From Candidatus Micrarchaeaceae archaeon (lineage in GTDB: Archaea > Micrarchaeota > Micrarchaeia > Micrarchaeales > Micrarchaeaceae): DNA of 64,000 nt. Position 1 is the first letter of the stretch, and every line of letters begins with the position of its first letter. Positions 30,961-40,165 of this stretch are shown piece after piece. The notes below the pieces were generated by a model. That model was not told where the DNA came from. It saw nothing but the letters and a program-made list of their open reading frames with translations, and did not search any database. The DNA lies in NCBI GenBank assembly GCA_050013715.1, contig JBEKES010000001.1:1-64000 (forward strand), in the 5' to 3' direction. The position numbers and the translations under genes are program-made.

Positions 30961-31122
30961 ATGGAAAAGAAGAATTTGCCAAGAGCCGAGAAAGACACTG
31001 AATGTGGCTACTGCCACAAAATCATAAAGAAAGGGGAATTAATCTGCGCTTATTCAAATCGTGACCCTAAAGGAATACACCATCCAGAGCATAATTGCAA
31101 AAGCTTAGCAGGACTTTTCTAA
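30961..31122 (+). CDS. 53-aa zinc-finger microprotein (not in ORF track)
   Basis: MEKKNLPRAEKDTECGYCHKIIKKGELICAYSNRDPKGIHHPEHNCKSLAGLF: CxxC...H..C. Confidence 0.55.
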   Translation: MEKKNLPRAEKDTECGYCHKIIKKGELICAYSNRDPKGIHHPEHNCKSLAGLF

Positions 31123-31169
31123 ACTACGCCCAAAATCGCAATATATAAAATTAATGGGAATATGTTTGA

Positions 31170-31550
31170 TCAAGAAGCTTTTTTCTGTTTTCTGAGAAGT
31201 CTTTCTCTTTTAACGCTGTCTAAATCATGAAAAAGCCGGCGCCCTGATTCAGTTAATTCGTATAAGCAATTTACCCCTTTTACAAAGCCAAAGTGCTCTA
31301 ATTCATAAAGCCCTGCAACGTTTTGTTTTTCTATATATATCTTTTTGTCTCTGTCTAAACGTTCCAAAACCTTTATCATTATACTAGCTACACTAGTTGC
31401 TTGAGAAGTATCTTTTACATCAGCATCATGTAATAGAATAGCTGCACACCTCTTTGTAAAAGCGTTCTTTTGGGCTTCAAATGCCTGTTCAGCTCTACCT
31501 AATTTTTGCCATGTTGATTCTTCAACTCTTATAGTTTTTGTTCTATCCAT
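31170..31550 (-). CDS. hypothetical protein, possible N-terminal RHH and C-terminal wHTH
   Basis: KTIRVEESTWQKL and LEHFGFV....YELTESG; ATG 31550 after GTGAT. Confidence 0.5.
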   Translation of the reverse strand: MDRTKTIRVEESTWQKLGRAEQAFEAQKNAFTKRCAAILLHDADVKDTSQATSVASIMIKVLERLDRDKKIYIEKQNVAGLYELEHFGFVKGVNCLYELTESGRRLFHDLDSVKRERLLRKQKKAS

Positions 31551-31703
31551 TCCATCACTCATTTAGCTCTATTTTAAGAGATATATATACTTTTTCTACA
31601 ACTTCTTTTCAAAAGCCTAAACTACTAATAACATAATTCCGCTATTCGCGAATATTGCCTAATTTTAAAAGGCTTGTCTTTGCTTGATTTAGCGGCGATC
31701 AGC

Positions 31704-31943
31704 ATGGAAGTGAGAACACCTACCATAGACAAGTACTGCAGAAAGCAGATAAAGGCTGTTGAGAAGGCCTATCAAGAGTTAGAAGAATCAAGGAATGCCT
31801 GGAAAGAAGCATATCAGCTTCAGGACATAGAAAAGCTCGATTCCTTGTACAAGAATCTGGACAAGGCTATCAGGAACATGGGCAAAACAAGCCATAATGC
31901 TGATACATTCCTGAAGGAAATATACAGCATATGGAAAGTTTAA
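31704..31943 (+). CDS. small coiled-coil hypothetical protein
   Basis: helical ORF, likely ATG 31704. Confidence 0.45.
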   Translation: MEVRTPTIDKYCRKQIKAVEKAYQELEESRNAWKEAYQLQDIEKLDSLYKNLDKAIRNMGKTSHNADTFLKEIYSIWKV

Positions 31944-31965
31944 TCAACGCCCCATAAGAATTGGA

Positions 31966-32655
31966 CTAAGACCTTAACCTCTTAAATAGTCTTTTCATAA
32001 GACTTGGTTTTGGTTCTGCATAACCAGCTAGAGTTACGAATGCTTCTCCAGTTGGAAAGGTTATTGGCTCTTCTCCTGATACGAAAACGTGTTTTTCGTG
32101 ATCCAGAACACAATCTCCTCTTTTAAGAGAAAAAATGGCATGCTTTGTAACCAAAAGACCTGTAGAGTATTCACCTTTTAATTTTTTGATAAATTCATAA
32201 GTTACAACCATCTTGGCAGTAGCATCTTCCTTTCCAAGCGACATGCCCGGGCGTAATATACTGATACCGACCATTTCGCCTTCCATAACATAATACCATC
32301 CAGAAAGATTTGAACTATTTTCAGCATCGGAATACGTAGCCGGAGCTGAATCTCTGTCGAAAAATCTAAATGATATGAGAGATTTGTTGAAGTTTGGAAC
32401 ATCATATACGGTAGGCATTGTTATGTTAGAGCGTCCTTTCAGATACGTATCACGCAGATGCGTCAAAACAAAAACAGGATCCCTACAACCTATTTCTCTA
32501 CCAATGGTTGTTTCAGAAGATCCATCAATACCAGTAAATGCAGTACACGAATGATATTGCACATAGGTCTTAGTCTTTCTCATTTCTAAGTTTGCAGAAG
32601 GGTTTGGTTGGAATCTTCCAGGTTCGTTTTTTTGCACATTACTTGTTGTTGTCAT
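31966..32655 (-). CDS. hypothetical protein, last gene of five-gene operon
   Basis: GTGATAAT-ATG start coupled to the upstream stop. Confidence 0.6.
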   Translation of the reverse strand: MTTTSNVQKNEPGRFQPNPSANLEMRKTKTYVQYHSCTAFTGIDGSSETTIGREIGCRDPVFVLTHLRDTYLKGRSNITMPTVYDVPNFNKSLISFRFFDRDSAPATYSDAENSSNLSGWYYVMEGEMVGISILRPGMSLGKEDATAKMVVTYEFIKKLKGEYSTGLLVTKHAIFSLKRGDCVLDHEKHVFVSGEEPITFPTGEAFVTLAGYAEPKPSLMKRLFKRLRS

Positions 32656-32664
32656 ATTATCACG

Positions 32665-33093
32665 CTATAATTGTAACATTTTATTTATCTTTTTACCGAT
32701 GGCAATGAGCTCGTTTTGCATTTGCTCGTTGAACTCCAATTTGTAAACGTAATATTCGAATTGCCCGTACCCCATCATATTATGATTTACCTCCGCATCT
32801 ACTGGAGTATCATATTTTGCCGCACGGCTTTCCATTTCCTGCTTTATTAGTTTATTTATCTCTTCGAATTGTTTCCTTGACATTTTTATCCTTATGCCGC
32901 AGGCACCTGACTCTTTGCCCAACAGTATATAGCTTGCTGGTCTGCCAGCCATAGTATGTTTGTAACCAGTTATTTTGGTTTTGTGATGAATTCTGGCCTG
33001 CTTTTGGACTGTCTGGCTTTCCCTGATCCATAAACCGTTTATGGCTAGCCTTGGAGGCACTGGAATCTGTTTTGGTTCTGCAGATGCTAGCAT
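32665..33093 (-). CDS. unknown-family paralog 1
   Basis: shares GY..AS..GxCxIRIxMS..QF..IG..LQL with the two adjacent genes. Confidence 0.7.
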   Translation of the reverse strand: MLASAEPKQIPVPPRLAINGLWIRESQTVQKQARIHHKTKITGYKHTMAGRPASYILLGKESGACGIRIKMSRKQFEEINKLIKQEMESRAAKYDTPVDAEVNHNMMGYGQFEYYVYKLEFNEQMQNELIAIGKKINKMLQL

Positions 33094-33097
33094 ATCA

Positions 33098-33442
33098 TCA
33101 CAATTGCAGCTCTTTCTTCACATCGGATCCGATAAAAAGAAGGGCCTCTACCACTAAAGCGTCAACCTCTGCCTCATAGCCGGAGCACCTAATTTCTGCA
33201 AATCCCTGTTCATCATAGATATAATTAATCCTTGGAAGCACGGCAAGCCTTGCAGGATTTCCTTGTGGGTTCTTGACTTCCCTTAGATTGTTGAATTGGC
33301 TTTCTGACATTTTTATTCTTATGGCGCAAGTACCGATCCCTTTATAGCTTATATAATGGTGGCTTGCCCCAAAATTAGGGACTATTTCTTCTTCGTAGCC
33401 TTTCAGCCTTGTTGTTCTCGGATTGTTTATTGTTGCTGGCAT
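33098..33442 (-). CDS. unknown-family paralog 2
   Basis: LKGY..GAS..GTCAIRIKMSESQF..IGSDVKKELQL. Confidence 0.7.
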   Translation of the reverse strand: MPATINNPRTTRLKGYEEEIVPNFGASHHYISYKGIGTCAIRIKMSESQFNNLREVKNPQGNPARLAVLPRINYIYDEQGFAEIRCSGYEAEVDALVVEALLFIGSDVKKELQL

Positions 33443-33451
33443 GTTATCACG

Positions 33452-33868
33452 CTATAATTGTAACATTTCCTTTATTTTGGCGCCTATGCCAATAAGTTCA
33501 TTTTGTGCTTGTGTATTGTAGCTTTCTGTATAAGCTCCATAGGAAAATGTGCCGAACCCTTTTTCACCATAAGTAACGCATATTTGTTGAATTGGTGTTG
33601 TTTTTGGAATGGCCTTTTCCATTTCTAGCTCAATTTGGTTTTTTATGCTATCAAATTGTTGCCTTGACATAAGTATTCGTATACCACAGGCGCCAAAATG
33701 GTTACCTAAGGTTACATAGCTAGCACCAGTGCATTCAACAACATTGTGCTCATATCCTTTTATAGTTCTTTTGCATGTTTGTGCTGCATGTGTTTCCTCC
33801 CATTCCGGTGATTGCATTCTATTTTCTACTGGAGGTGCAGATCTAGGAATGGTTTGCATTTTACTCAT
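33452..33868 (-). CDS. unknown-family paralog 3
   Basis: IKGY..GASY..GACGIRILMSRQQF..QNELIGIGAKIKEMLQL. Confidence 0.7.
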   Translation of the reverse strand: MSKMQTIPRSAPPVENRMQSPEWEETHAAQTCKRTIKGYEHNVVECTGASYVTLGNHFGACGIRILMSRQQFDSIKNQIELEMEKAIPKTTPIQQICVTYGEKGFGTFSYGAYTESYNTQAQNELIGIGAKIKEMLQL

Positions 33869-33880
33869 ATTATCACAGTA

Positions 33881-34228
33881 TTATTGCATTTTTATACCCT
33901 GAATGCTTTGCTCCCTTAGGAATTCAAGCCAAGTTTGGAAGTTTGCGACAACAATTTCTCTTGAATCGCGCAAACTTGTTAGTTTATATAACAAGAGAGT
34001 TACTGCAAATTTTGTTGCTGTAGAATCGTTATCAAATATTTTTGGATCTACAATTCTGACCATTTTAATGTAAGAATCGAGAAATATTTTCATTTGCCCT
34101 AGGTCTGTTATTTCCTTTACAGCAATTTCAGCTACAGAACCTGAAGTTCTGCCGCGCATTAGACCATCTATAAATGGAACTCTGCCAGTTATGTCTACTC
34201 CTCTAACTACTGTTTTTAATGCATCCAT
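33881..34228 (-). CDS. hypothetical protein, first gene of five-gene operon
   Basis: TATATATAT box and GTGATAAT-ATG. Confidence 0.6.
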   Translation of the reverse strand: MDALKTVVRGVDITGRVPFIDGLMRGRTSGSVAEIAVKEITDLGQMKIFLDSYIKMVRIVDPKIFDNDSTATKFAVTLLLYKLTSLRDSREIVVANFQTWLEFLREQSIQGIKMQ

Positions 34229-34301
34229 ATTATCACATTATTATTGCAGCTTTCCAAATATATATAGCTTATTGTGCCATCGATTATTGACGAATTAATA
34301 A

Positions 34302-34958
34302 TTAGGTAATGTTAAGGTCTGAAAGCTGGTATGCCAATAACTGCTTTGCCTGGCTTAGCTGCAGTGCCGTGCCCTGGTTGAATATTAATATAGCATAAGG
34401 GCCGTCATGGGCATAGATTACAGCTGCAGCCTGTCCTTTGTTGATTGCATCGCCAGAATAGAACATATAGGTTGAATCTCCCTGCAATCCTGTTGTTACG
34501 TTTGATGCATTGGGAAACATTGATTTTAATGCTGAATTTACGTAATTATTTGCATCAATTGGATTATAGAATGCTACCCATTCCGTGGATAGTAATTCTC
34601 CTCCGTTGCTGAAGCTTTCTGATCCTAATGCCTTTACCATTACCTTTGAACCGTTCGGATAGGTTAGGTTTGTATTGTTGCTGCTGTATTGCGCAGCTGA
34701 GGTCCAGCCGGTTCCCAGTGAAGATATTACTTGCTCTACGGCAAGCGACTTGTTTCCTCCGCTGATTTGATATATCGTTGTTGTGCATGTTGGATTTGCT
34801 GTTGTTGTATTAGAATTGGTTATGGTGGTATAGGATGAGCCTGTGCTTATGCTGATAGAAGATGAACTGCTTCCGAATTTGCCAGATGTTACGATGTAAG
34901 CCAATGCAACTATTGCAATGATTATAACTATTGCAACTACAATAGAACCCGCTTTCAT
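34302..34958 (-). CDS. membrane-anchored surface protein
   Basis: N-terminal TM, Ser/Thr linker, N-glycosylation sequons; likely ATG MKAGSIV. Confidence 0.6.
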   Translation of the reverse strand: MKAGSIVVAIVIIIAIVALAYIVTSGKFGSSSSSISISTGSSYTTITNSNTTTANPTCTTTIYQISGGNKSLAVEQVISSLGTGWTSAAQYSSNNTNLTYPNGSKVMVKALGSESFSNGGELLSTEWVAFYNPIDANNYVNSALKSMFPNASNVTTGLQGDSTYMFYSGDAINKGQAAAVIYAHDGPYAILIFNQGTALQLSQAKQLLAYQLSDLNIT

Positions 34959-35023
34959 AGAACTACCCAAGTTATTATTATAAAACAGCATAAAGTTATA
35001 TAAATTTGTTTTATTCCTGAATT

Positions 35024-35218
35024 TTATTTCTTCTTTTGAGTATTAGTTAAACGGAACATTTTCCTGAAAGTAAGGTATATTATGTAAACTACCAGGATGA
35101 AAAGCACGAGTATGGTAATATCGCCAAGCACACGGGGCAGATACCCGAATGCAAAGCCCAAAGCCAATAATACAAGGAAAATCGTAGCAACTATTGATAC
35201 TTTGACAGATTTTTCCAT
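35024..35218 (-). CDS. small two-TM membrane protein
   Basis: two hydrophobic helices and a basic tail. Confidence 0.55.
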   Translation of the reverse strand: MEKSVKVSIVATIFLVLLALGFAFGYLPRVLGDITILVLFILVVYIIYLTFRKMFRLTNTQKKK

Positions 35219-35222
35219 TTAA

Positions 35223-35792
35223 TCACTTTTCTATTGATTTTAATACATTATCCAACTGCCTTTCAAGATAATCCACTGTTTTTGTGTTTTTAAGGGTATA
35301 GTTCGCATGACTCATTATCACTACCGGGCCGTGCTTTTCCTCGCTTTTGTCGGACATGAATCCTCTTTTCTCCCTTGTATTCAGCCATCTGAAATCCGCA
35401 AGGTTCTTCGGATCCTCTGGTTTTCCTCTTGTAGCTAAACGATTGTATCTTGTATCAAATGAGGATTGTATTGCAATTATCACTATGCCCTTAAGGTGCT
35501 TTTTAAGATAATTTAGTTCGTAGGTGCTTCTGACGCCCATTACAACTATTTTATTCATCGATTTGTTGATTTTCTTGACAACGTATTTGGCGTATATGTC
35601 TTTTCCCTGCTCTTCCCTCAATGTTTTTGTGAATTCCCTTGTAGCCCTTGGATCATTACGCGGAATGTTGGCTTTCTTCAATAATTCGCGCCATATGTCA
35701 CCTATTTCTATTACAGTGAATTCTCTTTCTTTCAGTAATTCGGCAACTGTGCTCTTTCCAGAGCCGGGAAGCCCGACTACAACTAGTATCAT
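35223..35792 (-). CDS. P-loop nucleotide kinase-like protein (UPF0200/dephospho-CoA kinase-like)
   Basis: VGLPGSGKST, R..RG..ED and E...G motifs. Confidence 0.75.
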   Translation of the reverse strand: MILVVVGLPGSGKSTVAELLKEREFTVIEIGDIWRELLKKANIPRNDPRATREFTKTLREEQGKDIYAKYVVKKINKSMNKIVVMGVRSTYELNYLKKHLKGIVIIAIQSSFDTRYNRLATRGKPEDPKNLADFRWLNTREKRGFMSDKSEEKHGPVVIMSHANYTLKNTKTVDYLERQLDNVLKSIEK

Positions 35793-35827
35793 TTTTTAAC
35801 CTTCAAATTTCATAAATTAAACATTAA

Positions 35828-36994
35828 TCAAATATTAAAGGTTAATTCTTTCTGCTCTGAATTATTAATGCCCATATTTCTTAATGTAATCGTTGGTTTT
35901 TTTATTACAGCACCAAGTTGTTTTGCTTCTATCCCATATTCTCTTGCAACTTGTATTACTTTATTTGGTTGTGGAGTAGCAATGATCATTCCTTGCCCCA
36001 TATTCCATGTGCGGTAAGCTTCCCTGTCAGTAACAGCACCCTTCTCCTGAGCATAGGACATAAGATAAAATGGCCTGAATAAATCTTCTAAATGAGCGCC
36101 CATTTTAGTAGGTCTAAGCATTCTGCCTAATTTCTCTGGTATTCCGCCTCCAGTTATATGTGCGATTCCGTGTATCTCTGCTCTTGGTTCATCACCTAAT
36201 GAACCAAACATTGCCACAACAGCAGCACAGTAAATTCTGGAAGGAAGTAATGCAGCTTCTGCCAGATTTTTGCCGCTGTATTTTTCTTCGTGCCAGTTTT
36301 CGCCATGTGCAGATTTCATTATTTTCCTGTATAAGGATAATCCGTTGGATCTAAATCCGTATTCCCTTAGGCCAACTAGTGCATCTCCTACTTTTATATC
36401 ATAACCAGTTAACATCTTTTCCTTTTTCGCGAACCATACAACACCTGCGGACCAGTTATAATTGAATTTGCCATAACCGCTTACTCTTGCACCCAACTCT
36501 GCAATTTCCCCATTTACAATAACGACGTTAGCCTCTTTTGCTGCCCCGACATACCCTATGGCTAATTGTTTAACTAGTTCTATGTTTGAAGCATTTTCCA
36601 CTCCTAGACTATTAACGTCTAAAACAGAACCTATCAGTACAGGCTCTGCGCCTCTAAGTACAGCATCATCGCAGGTCATACCAAAAAGATCGTATCCTGC
36701 CGTGTCATGCTTCTCTGATCTTTCACCAAGCTCAACTTTTGTTCCTATACCATCAAAATTGAGACTCATGTATGTGCCTTTAGGCAAACCACCAACGTGA
36801 ATTGCTCTAAGTCCAGAAAAATCAGGAAATAATTCTATCACTTCTCCTAGTTTACCTTTTCTGTTGATCCAACTTAGTTTTGCTGCCTCATAAAGAACTT
36901 TTGAAGCCTCATTACCAAATTCGACACTGACTCCAGAACTTTTATAGTCAGTATGTACTGAAGTATTTGCACGCTTTTTACTAGACTTCATCAT
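35828..36994 (-). CDS. purM: phosphoribosylformylglycinamidine cyclo-ligase (AIR synthase)
   Basis: YKSSGV, DGIGTK, NGEIAE, GFRSNGLSL, AHITGGG and TWNMGQGM. Confidence 0.88.
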   Translation of the reverse strand: MMKSSKKRANTSVHTDYKSSGVSVEFGNEASKVLYEAAKLSWINRKGKLGEVIELFPDFSGLRAIHVGGLPKGTYMSLNFDGIGTKVELGERSEKHDTAGYDLFGMTCDDAVLRGAEPVLIGSVLDVNSLGVENASNIELVKQLAIGYVGAAKEANVVIVNGEIAELGARVSGYGKFNYNWSAGVVWFAKKEKMLTGYDIKVGDALVGLREYGFRSNGLSLYRKIMKSAHGENWHEEKYSGKNLAEAALLPSRIYCAAVVAMFGSLGDEPRAEIHGIAHITGGGIPEKLGRMLRPTKMGAHLEDLFRPFYLMSYAQEKGAVTDREAYRTWNMGQGMIIATPQPNKVIQVAREYGIEAKQLGAVIKKPTITLRNMGINNSEQKELTFNI

Positions 36995-37015
36995 TTAAAC
37001 ACTTTTTAAAGAGAA

Positions 37016-37135
37016 TCAGATAATTTTGCGCAGCATTTCCATTATTTGCCTAATTCTTTGTGTTTGGTTTGTAGAGTTATAACTTCTTAATAATGGAGTC
37101 TTGATTTCATGCATGTTGTAGTTTTGAATCTGCAT
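37016..37135 (-). CDS. 39-aa small ORF upstream of purM (not in ORF track)
   Basis: GTGAT-GAG-ATG; MQIQNYNMHEIKTPLLRSYNSTNQTQRIRQIMEMLRKII; TATA box upstream. Confidence 0.35.
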   Translation of the reverse strand: MQIQNYNMHEIKTPLLRSYNSTNQTQRIRQIMEMLRKII

Positions 37136-37297
37136 CTCATCACAATAAGCCTTTATTTTGCCAAATATATATGCCTTTTGGTGGCTTTCTCTTGAGGGTT
37201 TGGCAGTTGTGCCTTAGGGCTTTCTTTATCTCGTTACTGTTGCCTTTTTATTCCTTTACTACCTAATAATTATACTGCTTGTTAATCGTGTGATAAC

Positions 37298-38041
37298 ATG
37301 TTCGAAATAAAGATAGATGATGCAAGATATTGGAAGAATTGCGTAGACTCAATAGTCAGTCTTATAGACGAAGGTTCCTTCTCCATTACAAAGGAAGGCA
37401 TATCGCTCAAGGCGATGGATCCTTCAGGCATAAGCATGATCTCATTTTTCATGCCCAACAAGGCATTTGCCAAGTATGAAGTGGACAAACCAGCTTCAGT
37501 CGGACTCAATCTTGAGAACTTCGGAAAGATACTTGCAAGCTCAAGAATAGAAGAGCAGGTAATAATGAAGGAAAGCGGCAACAAGTTTATGCTCGAATTC
37601 GTAGGCAAGAACAGCAGAAGACGTTATAAATTGCCAATGATAGAAGTAAAGAAAGATGCTGATAAAGAGCCTAAGATTGAATTCGATTCAGTTGTAGAGG
37701 TAAAGTCAGATTCGCTTAAGGAAATATTAAAAGATGCAAACCTTCTTTCAACGCACATAGGATTCAAAACAGAAAAGGACTCATTCATGGTGCTTGCAAA
37801 GGGAGATGCAGGAGAATTAGAGGAAGAGCACATGAACAATGCTGAAGTAATCAAGAAGATAAACAGCTCAAAGGCATCAATGGCTACATTCAATCTGGAT
37901 TATCTTGAAAGAATGATAAGTGCATGCCCATCCAATTCAACAATGACGCTTTCCATAAAGACAGAGGATCCTATAAAAATCGAATACAATATAGGAGATG
38001 CAAGCGTTTCATACTTGTTGGCGCCGTATATGGAGTCATAA
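37298..38041 (+). CDS. pcn: PCNA sliding clamp
   Basis: LIDEGSF...LKAMDPS...YLLAP. Confidence 0.95.
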   Translation: MFEIKIDDARYWKNCVDSIVSLIDEGSFSITKEGISLKAMDPSGISMISFFMPNKAFAKYEVDKPASVGLNLENFGKILASSRIEEQVIMKESGNKFMLEFVGKNSRRRYKLPMIEVKKDADKEPKIEFDSVVEVKSDSLKEILKDANLLSTHIGFKTEKDSFMVLAKGDAGELEEEHMNNAEVIKKINSSKASMATFNLDYLERMISACPSNSTMTLSIKTEDPIKIEYNIGDASVSYLLAPYMES

Positions 38042-38050
38042 AGTGATTTA

Positions 38051-38575
38051 GTGAAGTTCCTTATCTTCATACCTCCTAAGGATTTCAGGGATGAGTCGCT
38101 TTCATTGGTGAAACTATTCTTCGACAAGTGGGGCATACGCTACGACATTACCAGCTATACGTCCAATGAATGTATAGGAACCCATGGAGCTGCAGTAAGG
38201 CCGGATATCCATACCTCAAAAGTGAACAGCAATTACTATGATGGCATAGTGCTAATTGACGGAAAGGGCATTGAGGATTACAAGCTATTTGATTACAGGC
38301 CATTGCTTGACATAATGTACATATTCAACGAAAGCCACAAGCAGATAATAAGCATAAGCAATTCGATAAAAATTCCTGCAAGGGCCAACATAGTGAGGGG
38401 CAAGAAAATCTCAACTGACATGAGCGACCCTGAATCAAGACGATTGATCCTTCTTTTCCATGGTGAATTGTCGGACAACGCCTATGAGATGGCAGGCAAT
38501 CTGATAAGCATTAGAAACGGAACTGACATAGAAGAGACAATGCCTCAGATACTGGAGCATATTGGAGCAACATAG
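38051..38575 (+). CDS. DJ-1/PfpI family protein lacking the nucleophile Cys
   Basis: DFRDE, YDGIVLIDGKG; ISISNS where AICxG is expected. Confidence 0.7.
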   Translation: MKFLIFIPPKDFRDESLSLVKLFFDKWGIRYDITSYTSNECIGTHGAAVRPDIHTSKVNSNYYDGIVLIDGKGIEDYKLFDYRPLLDIMYIFNESHKQIISISNSIKIPARANIVRGKKISTDMSDPESRRLILLFHGELSDNAYEMAGNLISIRNGTDIEETMPQILEHIGAT

Positions 38576-38577
38576 CT

Positions 38578-38877
38578 ATGGCAATAAAGAAGAACGCAAC
38601 GGTAAAGAGGATAGCAAACGAGCGAATTATAATACTCTACAATCTTGCAAAAGAGGAAACTGATCCTAAGCTTTCGAAAAGATATGTAAAAATCCTAAAG
38701 CAGATAGGCCGTCACTACAAGATAAAACTACCAAAGCAGATAAAGAGGGCATTATGCAAGAAATGCAATTCGGTGCTAATACCTGGAAAGAGCATGACAG
38801 TACGATTGGCAAGCAGTAAAAGATACCTAGTCTACAAATGCACAGAATGCGGAACCGAAAGGCACATACACTACTAA
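38578..38877 (+). CDS. rnp4: ribonuclease P protein component 4 (Rpp21)
   Basis: IANERI..L...CKKCNSVLIPG...CTECG. Confidence 0.9.
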   Translation: MAIKKNATVKRIANERIIILYNLAKEETDPKLSKRYVKILKQIGRHYKIKLPKQIKRALCKKCNSVLIPGKSMTVRLASSKRYLVYKCTECGTERHIHY

Positions 38878-39269
38878 TTACTCAGCAGTTTTTTGAATTC
38901 AATCTCTTCTTTTTCAGTTAATTCCTGATGTTTTACGAATCCTTCCTTTGCATTGACGTATTTTGGTATTACATGAATATGGAAATGAAATATTATCTGC
39001 CCTGCCTCTTTTCCTGTATTTGTCGATATTACAATGCCATCTGAGCCTAGTTTCTCTTTTAGCTTTATGCCTAGTCTTTTTGCAACAAGAAACATGTGAG
39101 AAACAGTATCATCTGGGGTTACAAGAATATTCTCATGGTGCTTTTTTGAGATTACGAGCAAATGCCCGTGCCCTGAGGGATACTTGTCCATCTTCGCATA
39201 GCAAATATCATCATTGTATATGTTGTGCTTGTCTTCAATTAATTTGCAGAATATGCAGTCGTTTTCCAT
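38874..39269 (-). CDS. HIT family hydrolase
   Basis: CIFCK, GHLLVI and AGQIIFHFHIHVIP. Confidence 0.92.
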   Translation of the reverse strand: MENDCIFCKLIEDKHNIYNDDICYAKMDKYPSGHGHLLVISKKHHENILVTPDDTVSHMFLVAKRLGIKLKEKLGSDGIVISTNTGKEAGQIIFHFHIHVIPKYVNAKEGFVKHQELTEKEEIEFKKLLSN

Positions 39270-39325
39270 GCAATCAAAACATATAAGTATCTAATAATAT
39301 TTAAACATTAATATAGAGTGATAAT

Positions 39326-39802
39326 ATGATGAAAGAACAATTAAGAGATAGTAGAGTTAATTCTTCAATACATGCAGAAAAATTATTTCCTGCTATTGAA
39401 ATAGAATATGCTCGCCTTAGGAGAGGCATGCAAAGGAACCTGAATTTACCTTCAAGATACGTAAAAAAAGTTGATTGTTTATTTTATCGTGATGCTTTCC
39501 TAACAGCAGATAATGCAATGTTTTGTGAAGACCAGAATAGGTTTTTAGATGCAGGAATAGAATTCGAAAAGCTCGCAAAATTGCTTAGAATATTAAACCA
39601 TTCTACTGAATTAATAATTAAAGCCCATCAGCGTGCTGCAGAAAATTACAGCAAAGCTGCAGATGCGATGCTTGAAAGATATGGAGCTGCTGAACCGTCC
39701 AGAGCAAGACTTGATGCAGTAATGAATATACTTGAGCTAGAGCTCCGCAACAGAATAGCTGCCTTTTACAGTAGTTGGAACAGCACTGCAGAGCTAGAAT
39801 AG
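39326..39802 (+). CDS. hypothetical helical protein (orphan)
   Basis: GTGATAAT-ATG start. Confidence 0.55.
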   Translation: MMKEQLRDSRVNSSIHAEKLFPAIEIEYARLRRGMQRNLNLPSRYVKKVDCLFYRDAFLTADNAMFCEDQNRFLDAGIEFEKLAKLLRILNHSTELIIKAHQRAAENYSKAADAMLERYGAAEPSRARLDAVMNILELELRNRIAAFYSSWNSTAELE

Positions 39803-39825
39803 ATGGGCCTGGAGATTTCCGAACT
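39803..39825 (-). repeat. degenerate copy of tRNA-Ile 3' end (att-like)
   Basis: ATGGGCCTGGAGAtttccGAACT versus ATGGGCCTGGAGAgatttGAACT at 40165-40187; first 13 nt exact. Confidence 0.65.
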
Positions 39826-39835
39826 TTAGTTAAAA

Positions 39836-40060
39836 TTATTCCCTGAGAAACTCTTCTTGGAGAATTCTTATAAAATCCCTTACTTCAGTCGCAGTTAAAT
39901 TAGGTGTAATGGCTGAGTTATATTTTGGAACTACTTCAATCGACATTGTATTTTTAGTTTCTGTAGCGGGACGCCTAAGTTCTATTCTAGCATCATTATA
40001 TTCCAAGATTCTATGCGCCGTTGGCGATTCTTTAAATTCTTTCAATTCAGTTCTAGTCAT
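39836..40060 (-). CDS. hypothetical protein between tRNA-Ile and its duplicated 3' end
   Basis: ATG 40060 after GTGGT RBS and motif promoter. Confidence 0.5.
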   Translation of the reverse strand: MTRTELKEFKESPTAHRILEYNDARIELRRPATETKNTMSIEVVPKYNSAITPNLTATEVRDFIRILQEEFLRE

Positions 40061-40165
40061 AATACCACAAATTAACTCTGTTTTAAGAGATATATATACC
40101 TTCTTGGTAGGAAGTTCAAAAATACAGGGGCTCAAAGGCTTAGCTGGATCGCAACACGTTACTTA

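Larger units (their letters stand above)
32657..33468. repeat. 25-bp exact direct repeat TTATCACGCTATAATTGTAACATTT at 32657-32681 and 33444-33468
   Basis: identical gene end, stop codon and RBS junction in paralogs 1 and 3. Confidence 0.85.

Noticed and set aside
31966..34228. Integron cassette array or diversity-generating retroelement
   Set aside because: Spacers of 4-12 bp leave no room for attC sites; no integrase or reverse transcriptase; no adenine-specific template/variable repeat pair
29589..34228. Provirus
   Set aside because: No capsid, terminase, packaging ATPase, integrase or flanking att repeats recognised
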